This document shows, piece after piece, positions 15,133 to 26,899 of a stretch of 64,000 bases of DNA. Source of the DNA: Eledone cirrhosa (Eukaryota); assembly GCA_964016885.1 (NCBI GenBank), contig OZ024743.1:103478001-103542000 (forward strand), written 5' to 3'. The notes under the pieces were generated by a model. The model was not told the DNA's origin, ran no database searches, and saw nothing but the letters and a program-made list of their open reading frames with translations. Each line of letters opens with the position of its first letter. Position 1 is the stretch's first letter. Made by a program: the position numbers and the translations under genes.

Positions 15133-15440
15133 TACTTTGGGAGGGTCATGCTGCCAATAAAAACACACGCACCAGCTGGTTTTCACTTCAATTTATTACA
15201 AAATCAAGATGGTATAGGACAGAGTAAAGGAGGGACACAAAATAAAAACCCAGTCATTGAGGTCACAGAATGTGTGACGAAAGAGCTTTGACAATTTATA
15301 AACAACCATCCGGTTATCGAATCAACCAACTAACTGGAAATTTATAACAAATTGAAGTGAATACCAACATGTGTTTCTCATGGCAACATGACTCTCCCAA
15401 AGTATAACAATATGTTTCAACATACGTTTTCAACAATCTT
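15129..15440. mobile_element. Family H pLTR-like fragment with inverted arm and degenerate HHR
   Basis: 15129-15156 is inverted vs 15381-15408; gtcac..gtgac-GAAA-gagct. Related to ~9640-9835, 24817-24900 and ~56440-56705. Confidence 0.6.
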
Positions 15441-15551
15441 TTGCATAGCTACGGCTTCCTAAATGTTTACCTGTAAACATGCTGTGTTTCTTTATAAATA
15501 CGAAATGTCTATACATATCTGTATGCAGCTATGCCTGAAGCTAGATACTAA

Positions 15552-16453
15552 TCTATATATATAAAACTGAGGTTGTCTGTCTGTCTATCGATTTTTGGCA
15601 CACATCTCCTCTTAGAATCTCTCACGGAATTGCACCAAAATTGCTATACTTGTACATTGAGCCCTAGCGAAGACATCGGAAAAAAAATATTTCAAATTGA
15701 CCCGCCCTATCTGACAAAATCGAATATAATGTATCGATTTTTGAGCGTAAGTGATCAGTTATTTCCCTTTGTTCTGTTTACATTGAGCGTCTTACGTAAA
15801 AAATTACGCTGGCTTTCTCAGCAAAATATTGACCTGCAAAATTCATCAGTTCGAACACTAAGCTTCCGTTTTGCTTCATTTCCATTTAAAAGCATTTTAA
15901 AACAATATTTTTACTTGAAAACAAGTCTATTTAAAGACTACGTAAAACAAGCAAATATTTCGTCGTTAGGCGTGCAGACAGACAGTCGTGCAGACAGACA
16001 GTCGTGCAGAGAGGTGATATACGCGTGCAGACAGATAGTCGTGCAGAGAGGTGATATAGGCGTGCAAACAGAGAGTCGTGCAGAGAGGTGATATAGGCGT
16101 GCAGACAGACAGTCGTGCAGAGAGGTGATATAGGCGTGCAGACAGACATAACTGATAATTTGGTTACGCTAATGTTTTTCTCTGCGTTGCAGTGTTTACA
16201 TTTTCGATCTTTGTTAATAAATAACCAGTGAAGTTTCTATCCCCAGCATCCTCTTTTGTTATAACATTCGGGTTATCGTTATGTTTTCTTAACTTCATAA
16301 GGCATATTGTTGGTTGAGGGAATATTAATCAAAAACACCACATGCAAGTCTGCACAGTAGACACTACAGTTTTTAAGCCAAGAAAGAAACTTAACATTGT
16401 AACTTTAACACAGCTACTGAGCGACCCCGAGCAACGCCGGGCTTTACTGCTAG
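15552..16453 (+). mobile_element. Non-autonomous Helitron with internal ~38-bp minisatellite
   Basis: 5' TCTATATATATAAAA..(GTCT)n; 3' cccgagcaacgccggg + CTAG|T; tandem gcgtgcagacagacagtcgtgcagagaggtgatatag at ~15968-16148. Confidence 0.8.
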
Positions 16454-16543
16454 TTATATATATATATAGAATATATGTATAGAAGTTTCGTATTTCTAAA
16501 GACACACGGCAAGTTTACAGGTAAACGTTTAGAAAGCCGTAAT

Positions 16544-16655
<112 letters not shown>

Positions 16656-16824
16656 TCAGCATATAGAGAGAAATACACAGATATATGTGTTGTATTCTCT
16701 ATATATGGTGATTTATAAATAGACCGGTATCTGTTCCTTGAGCTAATTAAGTTATAGTGGATGATTGTGAGTTTTTAACTCGATTTTTGAATTTTATATA
16801 TATATATATATACTAGCAGAGGGA

Positions 16825-17138
16825 GAAAATTAACCGATACCAGGACTGAAAGTGGGAGGTAAAAAGGATTTGGAACAGCCATAAAATCAAGGACGTCCTG
16901 ATTGTCATAGGCGCACTAAATACTATCTCAAAGAGTTCCAAGGATGGTTAAAGAAGATTAGTCCAGCCCCGCTTTTTGGAACACTCCAAAAGGCATGTTT
17001 GCTGGGAACAGCAAGAACCCTCCGATACGTCCTGAATATCTGAGGCTGCAGGTAGCGGCTTGATATTCATTTCAACAAACTTTCCAGTTAAATAATATCA
17101 ATAACTGAGACTCAAAGAGCAATAATAATAATAATAAT
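16825..17138 (+). mobile_element. 3' fragment of an R4/Dong-type RLE non-LTR retrotransposon
   Basis: Translates to IVIGALNTISKEFQGWLKKI..LQKACLLGTARTLRYVLNI*, followed by an (AAT)n tail. Confidence 0.7.
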
Positions 17139-17296
17139 TGTTTCTATCTTTGGCACGAGGCCAGCAATTTCTCAGTACATTACTGGTACTTTATTTTATC
17201 GACCCCGTAAGGATTAAAGGCAAAGTTAACCTCGGCGGGATTTGAACTCAGATCATAAAGGGACGTAACTCTATGCTATAAAACAGGGTGTCCGAC
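17135..17296 (-). mobile_element. tRNA-derived SINE (same family)
   Basis: Reverse complement of the 11541-11730 core. Confidence 0.85.
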
Positions 17297-17298
17297 TT

Positions 17299-17549
17299 TG
17301 GACGATCTGTTATGTCTTCGTTACGCTTATTGAATAGTGACGCGCGTTTCGCTATTGATCAGCTCAAGCTTCGATCTGTATCGATCTAGCCCAACTCTGG
17401 AATCAAAAGCTCGTCGGACCTCTGTTGTAGTAATAACGAGCATTTGATTCCAGAGTCGGGCTAGATCGATACAGATCGAACCTTCAGCTGATCAATAGCG
17501 AAACGCGTGTCATTACTCAATAAACGTAATGAAGAAAACAAATCGTCCA
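17299..17549. repeat. ~115-bp-arm hairpin (family J) with HHR 3' half GAAA-CGCGYG-TC
   Basis: 17299-17414 is inverted vs 17436-17549; related to 49421-49605. Confidence 0.75.
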
Positions 17550-17634
17550 TTTTATTTTTACTAGCAGAGATACCCGGCGTTGCCCGGTATAACTCTCAAT
17601 GGAGTAGTCGTTCAAATGAAACGAAAGAGTTCGG

Positions 17635-18048
17635 TTAAACACGACTATAGAAGTAATAATTTATAGGTGTTGGCCCTAAAGAGGGCCTTTGAACGTTCAC
17701 TTTGAAATATCTCTGCGACATGGCGAAACTGAACCGGAGAGGCAATTGCAGCCATCTGAATGTGAAAGGATTGTCTTTACCGGGTGGAATAAGAGGTATC
17801 CTTGGTAAGAAGACAGTATCCCCCTTATCACATCCTGTAAGTATTGTTTCCTCAATAACATGAGGCATCGCTTTTTGAACGACCAGACACGTGCCGTTGG
17901 AAAGCCTTCGGGGTTCCAAATTCCTGAGGAGCATCACAGGGGCACCTTTCTTAAGTCGTAGTAAATGTGGTGGCAATCCCGGAAGGTCTAGGGAGTTAAG
18001 AAATGCTGTGGGGTAATTAACAACTTCGTCCGGATCAGCCACAGCCAA
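17635..18048 (-). pseudogene. Helitron Pif1-like helicase C-terminal fragment
   Basis: YPTAFLNSLDLPGLPPHLLRLKKGAPVMLLRNL..LSNGT..LPRIPLIP..PFTFRWLQLPLRFSFAM. Confidence 0.92.
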
Positions 18049-18059
18049 GGGACTTGTAG

Positions 18060-18500
18060 ACGTGCAGGTTTCCAGGCAAGCACAACGTAGTCGGAGGAGG
18101 GGTCGTAGTTAAAGGCCTTCAACAACCATCGTGAATTGCAAGTCCTAGAAATGCCACGTAACGATGATCGCCGCTGTTCACTTTGCAGAAGTCGGCCACG
18201 TCGTTGCTCTATGGTTTCAGTATTTCCTGCAGCAGCAATGGCAGCGGCGTACCTGCTTCGTCGAACGGCGCGTCGTCCTTCATCCTCTCGAGCGCGAGCA
18301 GCAGCAGTCGCGGCAGCATCTTTGTTCCGTCGAAGTTCAGGCCGACTGTCATCCTCCTCCGCTCCTGCAGCTGCCGTCTGCACAGCATTCTGTGAGAGCC
18401 TAATCGCAGTCGCATTTATATCTTCGGTGAGACGCCTTCGCTTAGACCTACTTGCATCATTAGATAATCGACCAATAAAAGTTCTTTTCTTGGGAGGCAT
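18060..18500 (-). pseudogene. Helitron Rep/Hel N-terminus
   Basis: MPPKKRTFIGRLSNDASRSKRRR..R/E/A-rich repeats..AFNYDP, fused directly to the helicase fragment. Confidence 0.7.
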
Positions 18501-20609
18501 TGTTTTTAGAAACTTAACCAGGGAGAACGATAAATAGTGGACAAATAACGTTTAAGTAAGCAAATCTAAACACAGATATAAATTGTGAAAAAATGTGATA
18601 AATCTATGTGGTCTGAGAAAGTGGGTATGTTTTGCAAGATTTTGTGTACCAGTCAAATTTCAGGTTTTAAGTGTGGCTACAGTGGTAGGTATATGTGTCA
18701 GTATGTTTGTTCAGTTCGAACGTAGCAATAAGTAAGTACTAACCATTGAAAGGATGCAGGCAAAAATGGCCTAAAAATCACAGCATAATAAACTGGAATC
18801 TTATGACCATAAACACATTAACTAAACCTCCTTTAAGGTGACAAATGTTGAAGAAGCATGCGTTTCAGAAACATGGGGAAGCTTATGAGAGTACGCATGT
18901 AAAAAAACCTACCACTTGTCAAAAGCCAAAAAAGAAGTGTGATCCTAGGTCGGACTTGACCGATATAAATAGGAGTGATTTCGCTCAATGAACAACACTC
19001 GAGTTGTCTGATTGGTTAGATAATACAAATAAGTGTGATTAAATCTACTGAACACAACTCACTGATGCGTAGTTGACCATTTCGCACTTAATTGAGGTGT
19101 AATTAAACGAGGAAGACAACCGGGTACAAAAACTAATCAATCATTCGCACAGTTTAGGCATGAGTGTGAAATAGCACAATCCACATACAGTAGGTGTTAA
19201 AATTTACACCTGGGTTAAATCGAGCTTTCTTGGTTAGGATTATGAAATGACGCCAAAATTCAAGGAAAAAAATTTAACTCCCCATTCCGCACTTAATTGT
19301 GGTGCAATTACACGGGGGACACAACCGGGTGCAAAATTAAATTCAGTCATCCTAAAGTTAACTAAACAAACTAAAGTTAAGCCAGTGGGATTTAAAAATT
19401 CGCTACTCCATTTGTAGGACATGAGTAACCGATGCGTCAACTTTCGTTTAAATTGACTTTTATTTCCAGAAGTTGAAATGCTTTGCTGTGACCATAATAT
19501 AAACTCTAAAAGTGGTCCAAAGGGGCTCACTCCCATTCCCTAGGGGGTTCCCTTGCAAAATTCAAGTGATAACGAATGTGTGGTGTTTTATCTTATGGCA
19601 GGCAATAACTATTTCGTTTAGTTTTGTAAGAATCAAGTATAAACTCCCGAGGTTATGGTGTTTTTTTTATTGTGGCAGTTTGAACTTTTATAGGTTAATG
19701 AATTGGGCTCATTGTCCCCGTGGATGTCGTCTTGCTCAATTAAAATGAAAGTAAATATGCCTCACTGTATCTTCATCTGTAGTACATGAATAACAACTAA
19801 GTCGAAATTCATTTTATTGGACTACCAATTATCGAAGCTATGACGATTTGCTGCATTACAATAGCCAAATTCAATAAATGACTCGCCGCTGCTTACTGCC
19901 ACCTGGGGCACCCCTGGGGCCCCTTGCTTGTTCCGGGTATAGAGAGTGTCTTCAACATCATCTTTAGGCAATGGGTAACCAATGTGTCCGGTAAAGTTAA
20001 AATCGAACGTAAACTTCAAAAGTTATCAGGTACTAATACAGTGTTTATGTGAACTTCAATAGATAAGTCGAAGGGGCTTACTACCCCCCCCCCCCCCATG
20101 GGTCCCCTTGATAAATTCAAGTAAACGTTCATGTGTTCACCTTCCTTTATAAGCCATGGGTAACCAATACGTCTCACTTCGTGAAAACCAAACACCAACT
20201 CAAGCAGTTATGACGTTTTGTTGCATTGATGATATCAACTTTAACATTCATCAAGTCGGTTTACTTCCCCCAAGGAGTCCCCTACCTGAATTTCTGCGCA
20301 AGTGCATGTATGCAAATTTATTTGTAGGCCATAAGCAAACAAAAGATTAATTTTAGTGCAGGTGGGAGGCAAACTGCAAGAATTACGGGTCCTTTATGCA
20401 GTAGTACTGCTGACTCCAAGCGAGAGGCTTAAGGGGGTTATCTGGGCCTGGGGGTCCCACAATCGATGCACGGAAAAATACCCTACGACACGTAATAGGA
20501 CTTCAGAAACCTATGTATGAACTTTGGTGCAAATCAGTTGTAAAATGTAGAAATGCATGCGGTTACACAGACAGACAGACATCTTCTGTTTTATATATAT
20601 ATATAGAAA

Positions 20610-21770
20610 CTAGCAGAAGTGCCCGGCGTTGCTCGGAGTTTAATTGCTTTAAAGTACTCTTAATGATTCCACTCAATTATGATTATTGAGGCAAAGAAAG
20701 TAAATAAGGGTTAGCAAGGAAGGGTGGTTAGCGAAGAATTTCAATTGAATAGTGAATAAGTGGAAAGTGAATACTAAGTAAGTTGTATGAAGAATGCACA
20801 TCAAATAGTAGGTCAAACCTGTAAGCCAAGCCCGTCTGAGTTATAGCACAAAAGAGCGTAAACAGGGGCGATAATTTGGAGCAAATTGAAAAAAAAATCA
20901 TCAAGATCGGACGTTCCTGAAAAACGTTTTCTCATTATTTTTTGCTAAAAACAAAGAAAAAAAATTACAAAAAGGACAATAAAATATAATGTCTTTGTTG
21001 AGATTCAAGTAAATAAATGCTTAAGCGTCGTATGACTACGTTTGTTGTTGTATAAAGGCAGTGGAGACTTCTGTTCTCCTCGGCCTCAGGGATACCTCCT
21101 TACTCACCACCATAGTCGCTGAGCTGGCCAGCCGCAGGTGTGAGCCCCGCGAGTTGGAGTGGCTTTTCGAGCGCGTCTCCCTTGCCGTCCTCCGGGGAAA
21201 CGCCTTCTCCATTCTGTCCGCTGGGGCTGTGGGTGGGCCCTATCGCGTACCGTTGTAGTTGTTGTATACAGATATTAACTCACTTAGAAAATGTTTTGAA
21301 TGAAATATATTTAGTTTTATCGGCTTTTTAAGTTTTGATATTTGATGTATGAGCGTCGTTATGACTATGTTTGTTGTATAAATTGATATGTTGCTTAGTT
21401 TTCAAAGTTTATGTCGCGTTCCTGAACGAAGTTCTGTCGCTGTTAGAGTTGCAGAGGAGATTGAGAGGGGAGTAGAGGGAGGGATGAACCTTTTAAAGAT
21501 AGTTGCAACATGTATGTAGTTTCATCGATTTTTGAGGGTAGTAGAGAGAGGGATTAGGCATGTAAGAGAGAGGGTTACAGCATGTATTTAGTTTTAACGA
21601 TTCTTTTCATAGAAGCAGGAAATTTTTGGCAAAGGTTACTACGCGTTGACCATCGTTGGTAAATTTGGAGCACATTGGAAAAAAACTCATCAAAATCGGT
21701 AGAGAAATGTGAAAATGCATAAAAATCATACACACACACAGACAGAGATCTTCCGTTTTATACATATAGA
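20610..21770 (-). mobile_element. Non-autonomous Helitron, head-to-tail with the previous one
   Basis: CTAGCAGAAGTGCCCGGCGTTGCTCGG at 20610; 5' TCTATATGTATAAAACGG at 21770. Confidence 0.8.
21061..21258 (+). pseudogene. C-terminal fragment of a CRE-type RLE retrotransposon inside a Helitron
   Basis: WLFERVSLAVLRGNAFSIL resembles the LFQRISLAIQRGNA C-terminal motif of CRE-type elements; GC-rich island. Confidence 0.6.
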
Positions 21771-22325
21771 GACTAGCAGAAAACCACCCGGTGGGCGGTT
21801 TTCTGCTAGCAAATCTAGTGTATATACTGATATTGTTGAGATTTGGATGAGAAATGTTTTCGGCACCACATGTTCACCGTCTCTCGGTGTGTCTTTTATG
21901 CATGTATAAATATATATGTTATCTATACGGTGAAATCTTTGAAATAAATATATGTTAAAACAAAAAAGGAGAAAAAGAGATTAGTGACGGAAATATAAAC
22001 GTTATGATACATAAACGTTATGATATAACGATGGAAATATATCTTCAAATGGTCCTTGGCATGGTGTCAAGTCAGAACCGCCTCGAACTGGTTACTTCTG
22101 GCTTGTGCAAGGTGTCTCTATAGCAACCAGCGATTCCCTCGGCCTCAGTGACCAACGTCAGTGGAGAGGGGAAGGTAATGTTTCTATAGCGACAGTGTTT
22201 CTCTTGGTAGTACCAAAGTGGAGAAAGGAAGGGGAAGGTAATATTTCTGTAGCACCTACATTTGAGTTTTAGGGAAGGACAGACAGACAGACAGACAGAC
22301 AAACAGAGAAATGCCCATATATTTC

Positions 22326-22380
<55 letters not shown>

Positions 22381-22600
22381 CACACACAGAAATGTATATA
22401 TATTTCTGTGTGTATATATATATATTTCTGTGTGTGTATATATATATATATATTACACACACAGAAATGTATATATATTTCTTAGAACAAAATTATTATT
22501 AATGTTTTGCTGTTCATAACAATTGGAATTGAAAAATTACTTTTGAAATTATTAGTTATTTTACTAATGCTTAGATATGTAAAAATGAAGCAATGTTTCT

Positions 22601-22793
22601 AATAATTGTTTCTACTTTTGGCACAAGGCCAGCAAGTAACCAGTACATTACTGGTACTTTATTTTATCGACCCCGTGAGGATGAAAGGCAAAGTTAACCT
22701 CGGCGGTATTTGAACTCAGACCGTAAAGGGACGTAACTCGATGCTATGAAGCATGGTGTCCGACTCTCTACAGATTCTGCCAATCCACCGCCC
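22601..22793 (-). mobile_element. tRNA-derived SINE
   Basis: Full-length reverse-complement copy. Confidence 0.88.
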
Positions 22794-23386
22794 TAATGTA
22801 TGTACGTAATGAGGGAGTGAGAGAGTAGAAAAAGAAAGGCAGAGGTGAAGTGACGAAGTGACTCTCTCCTCCTCCTCCTCCTCCTCCTCCATCTCCCCAT
22901 TCGTCACAGCGATAGAGGGGAGGAATGTTAGTGTGTTACAAAGAGAAAGAGTGAGAGTGAGAGAAACAGACAGACTAAAAGAGAGAGATAGCTGGAGAGA
23001 GAGAGAGATAGCAACCACGCGCGCACGTGTTTCCACTGTCGGACAGACAGACAGAGAAATTGCTGGTTATATATTATAAGGAGATATATATAGAAATATA
23101 GAGATAGATATATTCTGTGAAGATAATGCACAAAACTAAAGAGAAGAACTTCATTTATTATGAAGGTAGTACAAAATCTCAGCAAAATATCATTATGTGA
23201 GAGATGTTCCATATCTAATCATTTTGATCCCCTTGCGATCAACCTGTGTATGTTAAATTGACTTATAATTGTAATCGTACGAATACGTATATCAACTCAA
23301 CAATTGTTGTATTGAGCGTTCTAACTTTTAATTGAGCATTTATATGGGTGTGTGCCTGTGTATCCGTTTCCGTGTATGTATGTATG

Positions 23387-23539
<153 letters not shown>

Positions 23540-24669
23540 CTTTAAATTACAGATCAAATCAGAACTATTAGATGTATCACGCCTCCCTCTACTTAAGCAA
23601 ACCCCCCTCCTGGGTAAAGGAATAGTACTCGTTTTGTACAAGGATGGCCTAACGATGCGGGCTGACTTCCTGCTGGCGCACCTGAAGCCTGTTATACATT
23701 CCTAGAGTGCTCGGAAAAATCGATTTCCATATCTTTCGCTAGGCGATATCACTCGGAGTGATGGGCTGCCCAAGCTTGTAGTCGCCGCATGCTGTTTGAC
23801 GGCTAAACAAAGACATAATCTTTACTCTATAATGAAATTTAAGTGTCTTCATAAAAGACTCTTTCTTTGCTTAAACCTCGCAACCTTAAAAATGTTAAAC
23901 TGTTTAACTTTAAATTTTTTAATTTCTTTAATTTTATAATGTTAATATTAAATATTAATTTTTTAACTTCATCCTATAAGTCTAAACAAAAATGTAACGT
24001 TCCAATCTCCTGCTCACACATTATAACACACTGACCCCCACTATATTTATTTACCTCTGCTAAGATACGGGCCCCTTTGAAAAAAATTTTCGCGTCATTC
24101 CTGGCCTGACTGTAGTCTGACATTAATATCGACCTTTCTTCCTCTTTCTTTCTATCTTTCTTCTTGTAGCCATCAACCCTGACTTTTCTTCTTCTTCCTT
24201 TTCTCCCTTATCTTCTCCCTTCTTTCTGTCTTCCTCCCGCTGACTTATCTTCCTTCCCCTTTTTGTTTGCCTATATTTGACCGGTAGTAGTTGTTAAGAT
24301 ACGGGTCCCTTAGAATAAAAAAAATGTTCACGACATTCCTGGCCTGACTGTAATACCGAACTTTCCTCCCCTTTCTTTCTGTCTATCTTCTTATAGCTGA
24401 CATTAACCCTGGCTTCTCTTCTTCTTCTTCCTTCCCCCTTCTTCTCTCTTCTTTCTTTCTTTTTTCTTGTGGCATGATATGAACGCTAACTTAGGTTCCT
24501 ATCCCTTTCTATTTTCCTTTATTTAACCGGTAGTAGCACACTGTAAGCTTTAGCCCCGTCACTCGAGGGCGACCGGCAAAGGTAGAAGATGCTGTATGGT
24601 GGTCGCCCTCGGGTCTTTGATTTTCAGCCCCATGGATTTTATCTATTACATTCACTTATTATATTTCGA

Positions 24670-24727
24670 ATACCTGATGATATCACCGGTTCATACGGAA
24701 CCCGGTCATTGAAATGATCATAGCATA
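24670..24727 (+). ncRNA. Type I hammerhead ribozyme at the end of a pyrimidine-rich PLE-like 3' UTR
   Basis: CTGATGA 24674-24680, stem II accggttc/gaacccggt, GAAA 24711-24714, palindromic TGATCA, TA; stem I weak. Confidence 0.7.
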
Positions 24728-24772
24728 ATAAACCTTTCAAAGATTTACACAAATCCAGCCTCCTGTCATTTC

Positions 24773-24816
<44 letters not shown>

Positions 24817-24819
<3 letters not shown>

Positions 24820-26129
24820 TTGCGAGGTTTTTTATATGAAATCGTGTGTCGAAACAAATATTGTTATACTTGCGGAGGGTCATATTTGTGTAATATTGCC
24901 AGAATTAATAACAGAACACACTCACTGTTTGGTTGGTTTTCGCTTCTCGCTTCTGTGTCTTTTATATCGGTAATCTAACTTACTCGGTCCTCAATGTTGC
25001 CATTGACTGACCGACGGTCAAAAATAATACAGATACAATATAGACACAAACACATATATATGGTTTATCATAAATCTTTCGTTGCACATCTGCAACATCG
25101 TCAGTGGTGCTATATTTTCCTCCTGTTGTATTGTATGTCTACGCCATTTTTATTCAGTCTGTCTATATATTTATTTATTTATTTGCTTGTTTGTTTATTT
25201 TATTTTGTCTTCTTTGCGCATGCGCTTGCGTGTGTGTATAGTGTTTTGTTTGCTGTGTGATGGGTGACTAGTGTGTGTTTATGTGCTTGTTGTTATTGTG
25301 CTTGTGCATGTATTTATTTATTTATTTATTTTATTTTATTTACTTATTTATACTTCTCTTAGGTCAGTGTTGTTTGTTTGGGTGTTGTTGTTATTCCATT
25401 CATTCTTTCTGTTTAGCCTTGGTCTTCTAATTTCTATTTCACTGGCCTCTCTGATTTGCCTATCTGCTGGGTCATTTCTATGTTTAGATATTATTCTAAT
25501 TTCTATGTTGTCTATGTTACCGTCATGTTGTTGTCTAGCATGTTCGTATAGTACTGACCCGTTTTTTCGTCCTTTTAGTTCCCCCCAGTGTTGGTCTATC
25601 CTTTCACCTATGCTACGAGCTGTCTCACCTATGTATGTTGTTGTCATGTTTCTGCAAGTACCCTCTGTACATCGTATGCTATAGACTACGTTTCTAGTTT
25701 TACAGTTTATCCGGGGGGTTTACCTTACATATGATACATTTCCTATTGGTACAGTGGGTTTTCTTAAAAGGGTAGGTTTTGCTGATCAGGGATTTTATGG
25801 TGCTTCCTGGCTTTTCTACCACCTTAATTTTTAAGTGGGTCTTTCTCAGGGCCTTTCTACACTGGTTAGCTAATTTCCCTCCAGGGGTAGCGTCCACAAA
25901 CATGACACTCTGGTATCTCTGGTTGTCGTACCATGAGGTGGCTTTCCCTATCTTATGTCTAGCCCTATCTAAGCTATTCCATGATTTGCTCCTGTATAAT
26001 GGGCAAATTCCTTTCATGTCCAGTTCTATGAGGGTCTTATACTTCTCCATGGCTCCTTCGTATACTCTGACTCTGTCTCTTTGGTTGTAGCCAGAGAACT
26101 GCATGCGGTTGATGAAGTGTTGGATGACA

Positions 26130-26130
<1 letters not shown>
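24817..26130 (-). mobile_element. 5'-truncated Penelope-like element (GIY-YIG), with family H 3' end
   Basis: RMQFSGY..PLYRSKSW..VMFVDATPGGKLA..KVVEKPG..CTNRKCIIC; YIGETARSIGERIDQH..RQIREASEI..LNRKNEW. The 3' end abuts (TA)n. Confidence 0.88.
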
Positions 26131-26429
<299 letters not shown>

Positions 26430-26503
26430 AAGAGGGATGGAGAGAGAGAGAGATATGTATATATATATGTGTGTGTGTGTGTATGTGTGTATATGTATAT
26501 ATA

Positions 26504-26567
<64 letters not shown>

Positions 26568-26899
26568 TGTGTTTTTATGCGTGATTGAGTATTTGTGTAC
26601 AATTGTAGCAGCTAGGTGTATGTATAATGTATAAGTTTCTGTTCATGTATCAGTATTTAAAAATTACTCATATGTGTAACAGCAATCAATTATATGCATA
26701 AGCGCTTGTAAATGTTTACATAGGTCAAAGTCTATTTGCAAATACGCAGTTTTTAATACTAACCTTAACCTATTTTCTAACACTGCTAATATACTAGCAT
26801 TAAATTTCGGATGCTGAATTTGTTTATCATTATCAAATATTCAAATTCCGACAATTTTTAACCTCACCACGTCCTGCTTTCGCTCTCTCTCTATCTATC

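Larger units (their letters stand above)
17561..20607 (-). mobile_element. Internally deleted Helitron carrying Rep/Hel remnants
   Basis: 3' hairpin + CTAG at 17561; 5' TC-(TA)n-AAAACAG..(GTCT)n at 20607; coding remnants inside. Confidence 0.85.

Noticed and set aside
15968-16148. Regularly spaced repeats as a CRISPR array (also 36095-36220 and 49057-49160)
   Set aside because: Contiguous tandem units with no unique spacers, no cas genes, eukaryotic context.
17488-17511. CTGATCA-atagc-GAAA as a complete ultra-minimal HHR core
   Set aside because: G8 is missing and stem I does not pair. The similar motif at ~35152-35212 suggests this stretch is the 3' strand of a long stem II whose true core was lost.
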